Counted from the stretch's first letter, positions 27,487 through 35,012 are shown. The stretch: DNA of 64,000 bases from Candidatus Amesbacteria bacterium GW2011_GWB1_47_19 (GCA_001002325.1 LCNZ01000003.1:7484-71483), one strand, 5' to 3'. Program-made: numbers and translations. The notes: generated by a model from the letters alone, not told the origin.

Positions 27487-27660
27487 ATGGCAAAGAAAGG
27501 CGCCCGTCAGATCCTAGCTCTGGTCTGTTCCATCTGCAAAACCCAGAACTATATCTCCGAGAAGAACAAAATCAATGTTGAAACTAAACTCGAATTGAAA
27601 AAGTTCTGCCGCCGCTGCCGTAAATACACCCTCCACAAAGAAACCTCAAAGCTTAAATAG
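27487..27660 (+). CDS. rpmG: 50S ribosomal protein L33
   Basis: LVCSIC...NY...KN...LELKKFCRRCRKYTLHKE. Confidence 0.95.
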   Translation: MAKKGARQILALVCSICKTQNYISEKNKINVETKLELKKFCRRCRKYTLHKETSKLK

Positions 27661-27697
27661 TATCCCTGTTACCCTTCTTGCGTTAAAATCTCCTCAT

Positions 27698-27769
27698 AGG
27701 GCTGTGATGTCAACGGTAGCATGGCGGTCTCCAAAACCGCTCGTCCAGGTTCGAATCCTGGCAGCCCTG
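27698..27769 (+). tRNA. tRNA-Trp(CCA)
   Basis: acceptor AGGGCTG/CAGCCCT, GCGGT-CT CCA AA-ACCGC, CCAGG-TTCGAAT-CCTGG. Confidence 0.96.
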
Positions 27770-27823
27770 CAAAATAACCCATAGTTTGACTATCTTTTGT
27801 TCCTTTGGTACAATACTTCACAA

Positions 27824-28102
27824 ATGGCACAGACACAACAAGAATCCTCAGTAGCAACTATCCGTGATGAAGCGTTAGGTCACGCCGATGTACTAAAAAC
27901 CTTACTTTCTATTGCCAAGCACGCAGATACCCCTGTTATTTGTTTGGCTTGTATCAAGTCAAATGCTACCGGAAATGCATGTACCGTTGGTCAAGATATG
28001 CACGGTGAAGTTAGTCGTAAATGGAAGTGGGAATCAGAATATAATTCTCCCTTAATTGATATTTGCCCAGAATTTGTCTCAAACATTGTTGCCAAAAAGT
28101 AA
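27824..28102 (+). CDS. cassette 1: hypothetical Cys-containing protein
   Basis: TTGACT-17-TACAAT promoter upstream; CxxC...C...C. Confidence 0.6.
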   Translation: MAQTQQESSVATIRDEALGHADVLKTLLSIAKHADTPVICLACIKSNATGNACTVGQDMHGEVSRKWKWESEYNSPLIDICPEFVSNIVAKK

Positions 28103-28106
28103 TACT

Positions 28107-28388
28107 ATGCCATCAGAAAACAAAGCCCGCCAAAGACACCACGATTATTATGTTGCCCAACTACGTAAAGGTAAACTGCTGGTAGAAGAACTTCCAAATC
28201 TCCAATTAGCCATGAAAAGGGAAAAAGCGGGTGAAGTAAACCCTCTTTCTGGTGGAAGATTAGATTCGGTGAGGCTATTTTTTGCAACAATGTCCTATAA
28301 TCTGACGAAACTTGTATATGGTCCAAAAAAACTTCATCCCAAACATCAAAACACTGAAACTCATGAGGACGACAATTCCACCAAATAA
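28107..28388 (+). CDS. cassette 1: hypothetical protein
   Basis: ATG 4 nt after the previous stop. Confidence 0.55.
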   Translation: MPSENKARQRHHDYYVAQLRKGKLLVEELPNLQLAMKREKAGEVNPLSGGRLDSVRLFFATMSYNLTKLVYGPKKLHPKHQNTETHEDDNSTK

Positions 28389-28435
28389 GCTGGTCCAAAC
28401 CTTGGTTTCAGAAATTTCCCAATCCCCTCCAAACC

Positions 28436-28498
28436 AAAGTCATACGAGTTCAAACTAAGCCAAATTTGGCGAAGTTTGGCCACTAAGCCCTGGAAAAA
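28436..28498 (-). repeat. att-like site R1
   Basis: ends GCCCTGGAAAAA; minus strand reads FQGLVAKLRQIWLSLNSYDF, similar to the R5 peptide. Confidence 0.6.
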
Positions 28499-28581
28499 TT
28501 CTCGGCCTCAGCTATTGGTATCAATCTACATAAAAACATTACAACCCCCAACAGGTATCGAACCTGTAATGTAAAATTAAC

Positions 28582-29318
28582 CTAATGCTTGGGGTACTCT
28601 TGCTTCCAAGCGTCTTGAGTAAGAACTCTAGTCTGAATACCACCGGCTTCTAACTTAGATTGAACATTGCCAACTTTGTGCTCGCTAGAAATCAAAACAG
28701 CTTCAATATATTCAGACTGTAAAGGAATAGATGGCAAATCCGGATATTCGCCTGTGCAATCATAACCCGGCAACTCCATAATTCCCGGTTTAAACACCCA
28801 AGTGGCCATACCTTCCCCCGTCAGGTTCGCCGCTCCCAAACCCCCTCTAACCAAATTACCCTGAGCATCATATCGGTCACGAGTCATCTGCACTACATCC
28901 GGTCTAGCCGTACCCCCAGTCTTTCGACCCAAAGCTTTCTGCATATCCGTCGAAAATAATGCTCTGTCTGTAATTACGCTATCTATTCTATCAACAGGCA
29001 TCTGATGATAATGGTTTAATGGCCCTTTTTCAGTCTCTTTTACTTTCTCCTTCGCAAAATCTCTAACCATTCCCAATGCTTCCTCAGGTTTCAAACCATG
29101 AGCCTTCGAAAACTGGTTCACATCCATGCGTCTTTCTAGCCTGACTCCGGCATGAGAAGACAACCTATTCCTCAAAGAGACCAAATCCTGCTCTCGTTTA
29201 CCCCAACTTCGGCAGCTCTTTGAATTACAGCCTGAAGTCCTAACAATCCTGAAGTATCTACCTTCTGTTCCTTGACTACCCTTACTCCAACAAACTCGGC
29301 AGTTGTGTTGTCAGACAT
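28582..29318 (-). pseudogene. cassette 2: hypothetical protein with one frameshift near 29200
   Basis: TAGAAT-6 nt-ATG at 29318 opens a frame that stops after 48 codons; the long 28582-29184 frame has only a TTG start. Confidence 0.55.
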
Positions 29319-29351
29319 GTCCTAATTCTACACCGATAACCCGATACTAAG

Positions 29352-29402
29352 CTAAATTTGAGCGTACCAGGTTCGAATACTTTCCATCCAAGGCTGCTAA
29401 AA
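29352..29402 (-). repeat. att-like site R2
   Basis: GAGCGTACCAGGTTCGAATACTTTCCATCCAAGGCTGC; minus strand QPWMESIRTWYAQI-stop. Confidence 0.85.
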
Positions 29403-29474
29403 AATTCCGAAGCTAGTTTTTGTATCAAACTATATCAACGGACAAATGGAATCGAACCCAGGTACTTAAACTCT

Positions 29475-29990
29475 CTACTTATTATCATTCAACATTTTAT
29501 TGTAAAACTTATACTTGGCTTCTTGATAATCCCGATAACTTCTACCATTAAACCTCCACTTCAATTCCTCATATTCTTTCAATAATTTATTGTCTGATCT
29601 TAAAATATCAAAAACTTTAATCTGCCTATTAGGAGGTTCAGTTAGGTAAATTTCAATATCATATCCTTCTTGTTTAAACTTCCATTCTACAAATCGCTTT
29701 TTTACATAATCCCCCTGTTTATTTATTTCACCAAATAACTTCTCCATATCTGGTAAATAATCAGCAAAATCGTTTGCGTCAGCTAAAACATAAATATCAA
29801 CATCCTTCTGCCCGGATATACCTAGAGCCGCTGACCCCATAAATTTAATTACAGCATTTGGAAAACTATTTCTTATTTTCAAAACGATCTCATCACCAAG
29901 CTTTTTTCCAATCGGATCAAACGGAAATACATTTGCCTTCCGCAAGGGATCAATCTTTTTTAGATAATTCCTTTCTTCCCTAGTTAACAC
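29475..29990 (-). CDS. cassette 3: GrpB/UPF0157-like nucleotidyltransferase-fold protein
   Basis: GSAALG...KDVDI; F.ILR......EYEELK...Y...K..F. Confidence 0.8.
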   Translation of the reverse strand: MLTREERNYLKKIDPLRKANVFPFDPIGKKLGDEIVLKIRNSFPNAVIKFMGSAALGISGQKDVDIYVLADANDFADYLPDMEKLFGEINKQGDYVKKRFVEWKFKQEGYDIEIYLTEPPNRQIKVFDILRSDNKLLKEYEELKWRFNGRSYRDYQEAKYKFYNKMLNDNK

Positions 29991-30002
29991 GCGTTAATTA
30001 TA

Positions 30003-30052
30003 TCAATGACGAGCATAAAAGGTTCGAATGTCTTCCATCCAGAGCTGCAAAA
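30003..30052 (-). repeat. att-like site R3
   Basis: GAGCATAAAAGGTTCGAATGTCTTCCATCCAGAGCTGCAAAA; minus strand LQLWMEDIRTFYARH-stop. Confidence 0.85.
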
Positions 30053-30083
30053 TTTATAATTCCGACCGTGGTATACTAAATCC

Positions 30084-30467
30084 ATGAAAGAAGAAGCTAA
30101 AACCTGGCTCGAGCAAGCTGAAGACAGCCTCAAAGACGCCGAGTTTCTCTACTCCGGCTCCAGATACTCAATGGCCGTCTATTGTTGCCACCAAGCCTTG
30201 GAAAAACTGCTCAAAGGTTGCATTATTCAGTTTGCCAACCAGCTTCCCCCCAAATCCCACAATCTGGACGCTCTGGCCCGTCTAACCACACTAAAGTTTC
30301 CTGAAATCTGGTTGGAAGACCTAGCCGAAATCACCCGCCACTTCTGGCGGGTTCGCTACCCCGACTTCCAAAGATTTGTCTATACCTCAAAAGAATCTAT
30401 TGAGCCTACTTACTCCAAGACCCGGGAGGTATTTATATGGATCAGACAGCAATTACCCAAAACCTAA
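30084..30467 (+). CDS. cassette 4: HEPN domain protein
   Basis: WLEQA...A..L, CHQALEKLLKG, PKSHNL, RYPD. Confidence 0.9.
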   Translation: MKEEAKTWLEQAEDSLKDAEFLYSGSRYSMAVYCCHQALEKLLKGCIIQFANQLPPKSHNLDALARLTTLKFPEIWLEDLAEITRHFWRVRYPDFQRFVYTSKESIEPTYSKTREVFIWIRQQLPKT

Positions 30468-30760
30468 AGGACTATCTTGTCAGACTCAGTAAATTCGTCT
30501 CTATAGACGAAGCTTATTTGTTCGGTTCATCCTCGACAGGAACGGCCAAAGAAGACAGTGATATAGATTTGTTGATTTTATCTCGGGATTTTTCCAAATA
30601 CGATCCCGACACTCGTCTGAAAATCATTTATCGAGCCAGCAGCGGATTCCCCTACGACTTACACGCTTACGGTGTGACCCCGGAAGAATACGCTTCAGCC
30701 TCACCCCTTACCACCCTCGGAGCCATTAGATCCACCAACCCTCCAGCCATTCAAATTTGA
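30437..30760 (+). CDS. cassette 4: minimal nucleotidyltransferase (MNT)
   Basis: YLFGS...G...DSDIDLLI; overlaps the HEPN gene. Confidence 0.9.
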   Translation: MDQTAITQNLKDYLVRLSKFVSIDEAYLFGSSSTGTAKEDSDIDLLILSRDFSKYDPDTRLKIIYRASSGFPYDLHAYGVTPEEYASASPLTTLGAIRSTNPPAIQI

Positions 30761-30845
30761 GCGTAATAGGTTCGTTCTGTATCGCAGATACAGGAGTGGT
30801 GAGCTAATCGAACCATGCACATGTCTTCCATCCAAGGCTGCAAAC
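30751..30845 (-). repeat. att-like site R4 with 46-nt hairpin insert (30775-30820)
   Basis: GAGCGTAATAGGTTCG[insert]ATGTCTTCCATCCAAGGCTGCAAA. Confidence 0.85.
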
Positions 30846-30852
30846 AAAAACG

Positions 30853-31086
30853 CTAATCCGGAAAATTTAGGCGGGAAGCACAAGTTGCATCCGTTTTATA
30901 TATAAGGAAATTCCAAAAGGGCTTGTAACACGAAGGTTCTTCTGCACATTTACCGGTAATTCTATTTCTCTCTGCAGGCTGAATACCCATACAAACTCCA
31001 AACAACATATTAAGTACATGGGTTACACCCCACAGCAGCAAAACTACTATTCCAATCCATATCCACCTGGATAAGGGTTTATTCAT
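30853..31086 (-). CDS. cassette 5: small TM protein with four Cys
   Basis: N-terminal TM, C...RNRITGKC...C...C. Confidence 0.65.
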   Translation of the reverse strand: MNKPLSRWIWIGIVVLLLWGVTHVLNMLFGVCMGIQPAERNRITGKCAEEPSCYKPFWNFLIYKTDATCASRLNFPD

Positions 31087-31115
31087 TAAGATATTTATAT
31101 ACTCATAACTATATT

Positions 31116-31180
31116 CATATCAAATCTGTTTAAATCCGCCCAGGTGTTCCTCATTTCGTTCACAGGCTTCTGCAAAATAA
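31116..31180 (-). repeat. att-like site R5
   Basis: ends CTGCAAAATAA as does tRNA-Trp; minus strand LQKPVNEMRNTWADLNRFDM. Confidence 0.7.
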
Positions 31181-31335
31181 AAAGTTCGGGACTTATACCC
31201 GGATTTTTTGTTTACAAAGGAAGAATCGTCCGAGCACGCCCCTCACGACTTCCGAAAGCGGAAGCGAAGCTGAGCATTGAGAAACAACAAAGTGCGGTAA
31301 GAAATAGCTTTTGTTGTGCCTTTTCTATAACTACC

Positions 31336-32256
31336 CTACTCCCAACGCCCAGTATCTTTAGGGTCAAATTTTCCATCCTTATCATAAGATTTTCGTGAAA
31401 TTAATCTGTCACACTCCTGTTCTAATGGGCAATCATTATGTCTTTTTTTATTACAACCCTGATTTCCTACATTCCATAACACTTCTGATACTCGTCTAGT
31501 GTCCCAACCGTTTTCATAAGTAACTTGTCCAAGCACCTTGTTTACAGCAGTAGTCACCTGGTGTACGTTTTCCGGCTGCTTGAGCGTCACCCCTCCCGTC
31601 TGAACCAGTACTCTGGCTACCTGAAAATCTACTGGTAATCCTCCTCCATTTGTACCTTGAAATTCATATAGACCATATTGGTTCATCCATTGAACAACCA
31701 ATGCTGACAGCTTTGGACCATATCTGGTAAACACCCCTTTCTTCCGTTTCTCTTCAGTTTTCGCTCTCGGCCGTACCGTCAATGCCTGAACCACTCTTTC
31801 CGCGTCACCACCAAGTTCATCCAGAAAATTCCTAATGTCACTCCCGTATCTTTCACCTAATATCCGAATATTATATGACCACTCTTGGACTACTCTTCTA
31901 TTATATCCTGCCGGTCGGAAAAAACTGGCACAACCAGCCATTATTTTTCCATCATCCCACACTAAAGCCTCACTTGGATTGAATATCCATGAATATTCAG
32001 CTAACCTGTTGGGATCAGTAATCCTGCTAAATAATTTTCCAGTATCGTCACCAAACACAAAAGCGGTCGTTAGGAATACTGCATTTGGTGCAAATTCTGA
32101 TTTACCAGTTTTTCTGCCATAGTCTTTAGCTAACTCAATAAACAACTCTTCTGGCCGAAACACTCCTTCAGAAAAAAATCCCTGTTGTTGTTCCAATGCA
32201 CCCAGAACTTTATTAACAATTAATACTGTTCTTTCTGCATTAATTTCTACGCCCAT
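31336..32256 (-). CDS. cassette 6: HhH-GPD superfamily DNA glycosylase-like protein
   Basis: YGPKLS (HhH Lys), LPVDFQVARV (Asp), LWNVG..GC......DCPL...C Fe-S loop-like motif. Confidence 0.7.
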   Translation of the reverse strand: MGVEINAERTVLIVNKVLGALEQQQGFFSEGVFRPEELFIELAKDYGRKTGKSEFAPNAVFLTTAFVFGDDTGKLFSRITDPNRLAEYSWIFNPSEALVWDDGKIMAGCASFFRPAGYNRRVVQEWSYNIRILGERYGSDIRNFLDELGGDAERVVQALTVRPRAKTEEKRKKGVFTRYGPKLSALVVQWMNQYGLYEFQGTNGGGLPVDFQVARVLVQTGGVTLKQPENVHQVTTAVNKVLGQVTYENGWDTRRVSEVLWNVGNQGCNKKRHNDCPLEQECDRLISRKSYDKDGKFDPKDTGRWE

Positions 32257-32301
32257 CTTCCGCGTATTGTACCATCGTTCGTAATTTCTAATCCTATAAA
32301 G

Positions 32302-32366
32302 CTAACAGGTTCCAACATAGTGCTTCGACCAGGTTCACCATCCCAGACCCACCTGCCCCTGCAAAA
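32302..32366 (-). repeat. att-like site R6 with REP-like insert
   Basis: CAGGTTCCAACATA...TTCGAC...TCACCATC...CCCCTGCAAAA. Confidence 0.7.
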
Positions 32367-32393
32367 CAGCCTCGAAAATGATATGATTAACAT

Positions 32394-32660
32394 ATGATTA
32401 ACTGGTCCACTGACGAAATAAAATTTAAAAAAAGCCACCCAAAAGAATATCGTCTTTGGCGACTCACCCAACTAATTAACTACGGCCTGGATGGTGAAAA
32501 GTTAGATAGACACGAGGTTAAACAAGCGTGGACGAAAATTAAAGCCGATTTAGATCCCCACAAAGCAGTATACTTAGAGTATCTTTTATGGGACGTAACA
32601 CCATCCTCACCCCAATTCAACGAAAATTTCTGGAGCTTGTCCAAGCAGAAAAATATTTAA
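32394..32660 (+). CDS. cassette 7: small partner (putative antitoxin) of the AbiEii protein
   Basis: NWS.D...WRL.QLINYG; overlaps the downstream NTase gene. Confidence 0.75.
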   Translation: MINWSTDEIKFKKSHPKEYRLWRLTQLINYGLDGEKLDRHEVKQAWTKIKADLDPHKAVYLEYLLWDVTPSSPQFNENFWSLSKQKNI

Positions 32661-33265
32661 CTTCAAAATATTATTGGACGGGCGGGACTGTCCTATCTGA
32701 ATTCTATTTACACCACCGTGACTCCGAGGATATAGATTTATTCACAGAAGCAGATGAAGTTAATTTGCCGAGTGTGAAGGATTTTGTTGGCATTGTAGGT
32801 GCCAAACTAGGAGCCAAGGGCATCAGCTATACCCGATTTTTAGGACTCCACACTTTCGTCCTCACTTTTAATGAGAATAACCAACTAAAAATCGATTTCA
32901 ATTATTATCCTTTTCTTCGTATAAATACCAGTAAAAAATGGAACAATATCAACATCGACAGTATTGAGGATATAGCTGTAAATAAAGTTCATACTATCTC
33001 AGTCAAACCAAGATCCCGTGATTTTATTGATTTGTATTTCTTACTTAAGGACAAAAAATGGGGATTGTCTCTCCCCAAACTGATTGGTCTTGCCAAAGCC
33101 AAGTTTGATTGGGACATAAACCCTATCCAAATGGGTGAAAATTTGGCGAAAGTTGTAACAGTTAAAGATTTACCCCGAATATTGGTGCCATTTGATCAAA
33201 AAGAAATGGAAAATTTCTTGCTAAAAATGGCCAAATCCCTAGATAGCAGTATCTTCAAGAATTAA
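32588..33265 (+). CDS. cassette 7: AbiEii/AbiGii-family nucleotidyltransferase
   Basis: TGGTVL..FYLHHRDSEDIDLF, IAVNK, RDFIDLY. Confidence 0.9.
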   Translation: MGRNTILTPIQRKFLELVQAEKYLTSKYYWTGGTVLSEFYLHHRDSEDIDLFTEADEVNLPSVKDFVGIVGAKLGAKGISYTRFLGLHTFVLTFNENNQLKIDFNYYPFLRINTSKKWNNINIDSIEDIAVNKVHTISVKPRSRDFIDLYFLLKDKKWGLSLPKLIGLAKAKFDWDINPIQMGENLAKVVTVKDLPRILVPFDQKEMENFLLKMAKSLDSSIFKN

Positions 33266-33356
33266 TTTGTGCGTACCAGGTTCGTTCTGATATCGAAGTG
33301 GTGCGAAGATATCAGGAGGTGAAACCGCACATGTCTTCCATCCAGGGCTGCATAAA
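33264..33356 (-). repeat. att-like site R7 with 46-nt hairpin insert (33285-33330)
   Basis: GTGCGTACCAGGTTCG[insert]ATGTCTTCCATCCAGGGCTGCATAAA. Confidence 0.85.
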
Positions 33357-33362
33357 TTTCCA

Positions 33363-33545
33363 ATCGTATCACCGATGTTAGGTCGGGACATTATTGACGA
33401 AACTGTTTTTTTAGGCGAAATTGCAGGGCAAGTAGACCTTCGCATAGAACCCCACCCGATGATCCCGGAAGACTTTACCGAAAAATACAATCCCCTGGCC
33501 GATGAAGTTAAATCCAACGGCACGCCGCTGAATCTCCCCCGCTAA
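33363..33545 (+). pseudogene. cassette 8: C-terminal half of an MNT nucleotidyltransferase
   Basis: own translation IVSPMLGRDIIDE...RIEPHPMIPEDF..KYNPLADEVKSNG; GS/DxD half missing. Confidence 0.65.
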
Positions 33546-33552
33546 GTTAGAA

Positions 33553-33616
33553 TCAGGTTCCAACATAATGGTTCGACTTCGCTCACCATCTGCAATGCAC
33601 CAGCCTCTACTGCATT
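33553..33616 (-). repeat. att-like site R8 with REP-like insert
   Basis: CAGGTTCCAACATAATGGTTCGACTTCGCTCACCATC...CTGCA; sister of R6. Confidence 0.65.
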
Positions 33617-33740
33617 AAATCTAAATCCTGGTCGAAATTATACTTCCGGAGAGCAACAAATCCTCAGCATTTCCTTCAAACTTAACATATTTCTCATCCC
33701 TTTAAATCAAGCGCAATTGACTGCCAAATTTGCAGTCTGT

Positions 33741-33935
33741 TCATATATTCAGTAATTTTCTTACTATATCCTCAAACTTCTTTCTAATCCCCGGATCTAA
33801 TATATCCGAGCTGGCATTTGTACCAGGCTTGTTATTGACAATGGAATCATACCCGCCTCCCCACAAATCCTCTTTAACGCACCCTTGCTCAATCAGCAGT
33901 TGCTCCTCATCTACATGCATTTTGGCCCCTCCCAA
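33741..33935 (-). pseudogene. remnant of a DUF5674-like protein
   Basis: MH.D.EQ.L.E.G...EDLWG...N..P...S.DI.DP.IR.K.E.IV; appears truncated and internally deleted. Confidence 0.5.
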
Positions 33936-34009
33936 AATTAGCTTTACCGGTAAATTACTGTAATCCTTCTCACAGACATGAACGCCAGTCCGAATTACAC
34001 TCTGGTTTC

Positions 34010-34399
34010 ATGGCAGACAATCCCCACCACGAGCATCTCGTCAAAGAGCTGACGGATCAGCTGGAACCGGTATTTTCCCGTTCCCCCCAGGCGGTTTATC
34101 TCTACCTTGATGACGAACACAAAATCTGTAACAAAAAATTCGCCGACCTGCTCGGATACCTCTCCCCGCAGGAATGGGTAGACAACCCGAATCCCGTAAG
34201 CGACGTCATTGCGAAAGACCGGGATAAAGTTATAGATGCTTATGTCAAAGCTTCAGACCAATTGAAAGCTTCGACTCTGGTGGTCTCTATGACTACCAAA
34301 AAAGGGCAAAAAATTGCTGTCAAGGTTATTATGACCCCGGTTACCTACCGGGGTGAGGTTTTCGTCCTTCATTTCATCACGAAAGGAGGTGACGCTTAA
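34010..34399 (+). CDS. stand-alone PAS domain protein
   Basis: VF.RSP.AVY, CN..FA.LLGY, TKKG..I.V.V PAS pattern. Confidence 0.8.
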   Translation: MADNPHHEHLVKELTDQLEPVFSRSPQAVYLYLDDEHKICNKKFADLLGYLSPQEWVDNPNPVSDVIAKDRDKVIDAYVKASDQLKASTLVVSMTTKKGQKIAVKVIMTPVTYRGEVFVLHFITKGGDA

Positions 34400-34598
34400 A
34401 ATGACTCAAAAACAATGGGACACCCATCGCCAGCACGTGGATGACCACATTACCTGGCCGGCCACCAAACAGGAAATTGTGGACGCCTGCCAGGGAATGG
34501 ATGTGGAACCGGCAGTCCTGAAAGACTTAAAAACCATGATCCCTGATGGTCCTAAAAAATATACCAAATCAGAGCTGCACGATCAGGTTGTATCCTGA
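34400..34598 (+). CDS. small protein with WPATK.E motif (DUF2795-like)
   Basis: SD GGAGGTGA upstream; HITWPATKQEIVDAC. Confidence 0.65.
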
Positions 34599-34667
34599 AA
34601 AAACAGTTTATCTGCCCTTAGTAGGACTTCTTCTCCGGTATTGCTTGTATGTGTCATAATACAGGTG

Positions 34668-34994
34668 ATGCCGAAGAAGTTGTCCCTGGAATTTATCGCC
34701 TTCCTTCAGGCTCTTGGTCTGCTCATTTACTGCGGTTTTATCGGAAATCTCATGATCAGAGCCAATGCCTGGTTCAGCCCACCTCCTAACTTTCTGGGGC
34801 CCACTCTCTTCCTGCTTTTGTTCATTGCCTCTGCGGTTATCTGTTCCCTGATATTTCTCGGTTATCCTTTCTTATTATTCTGGGAGCACAAAAACACTAA
34901 AAAAGCTATAAAGCTGATACTTATTACCACCGCCTGGACTCTATTCTTTTTCCTCTGGGTCATAGCCGCCATCATTGCTTTTGATATCCGCTAG
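34668..34994 (+). CDS. three-TM membrane protein
   Basis: hydrophobic ORF; start at MPKK. Confidence 0.7.
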   Translation: MPKKLSLEFIAFLQALGLLIYCGFIGNLMIRANAWFSPPPNFLGPTLFLLLFIASAVICSLIFLGYPFLLFWEHKNTKKAIKLILITTAWTLFFFLWVIAAIIAFDIR

Positions 34995-35012
34995 GCCTAT
35001 AATTCCGGGGCG

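Larger units (their letters stand above)
27770..33616. mobile_element. array of eight gene cassettes delimited by att-like sites at the tRNA-Trp 3' end; no integrase in the window
   Basis: eight related sites with cores at 28490, 29394, 30045, 30838, 31170, 32359, 33348, 33610, each following one gene or gene pair; visibly AT-richer than flanks. Confidence 0.8.

Noticed and set aside
27669-27857. 62-aa ORF antisense to tRNA-Trp as an integrase remnant
   Set aside because: It is largely the tRNA read backwards, has no recombinase motif, and is in a different frame from the conserved tail register.
29352-30052. R2 and R3 as tRNA genes or pseudogenes
   Set aside because: Only the T-loop motif is shared; no T-stem, anticodon arm or acceptor pairing can form.
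28436-33616. CRISPR array or classical integron attC sites
   Set aside because: Units are 0.26-1.2 kb with genes inside, repeats are divergent, there are no cas or intI genes, and I see no RYYYAAC...GTTRRRY ends.
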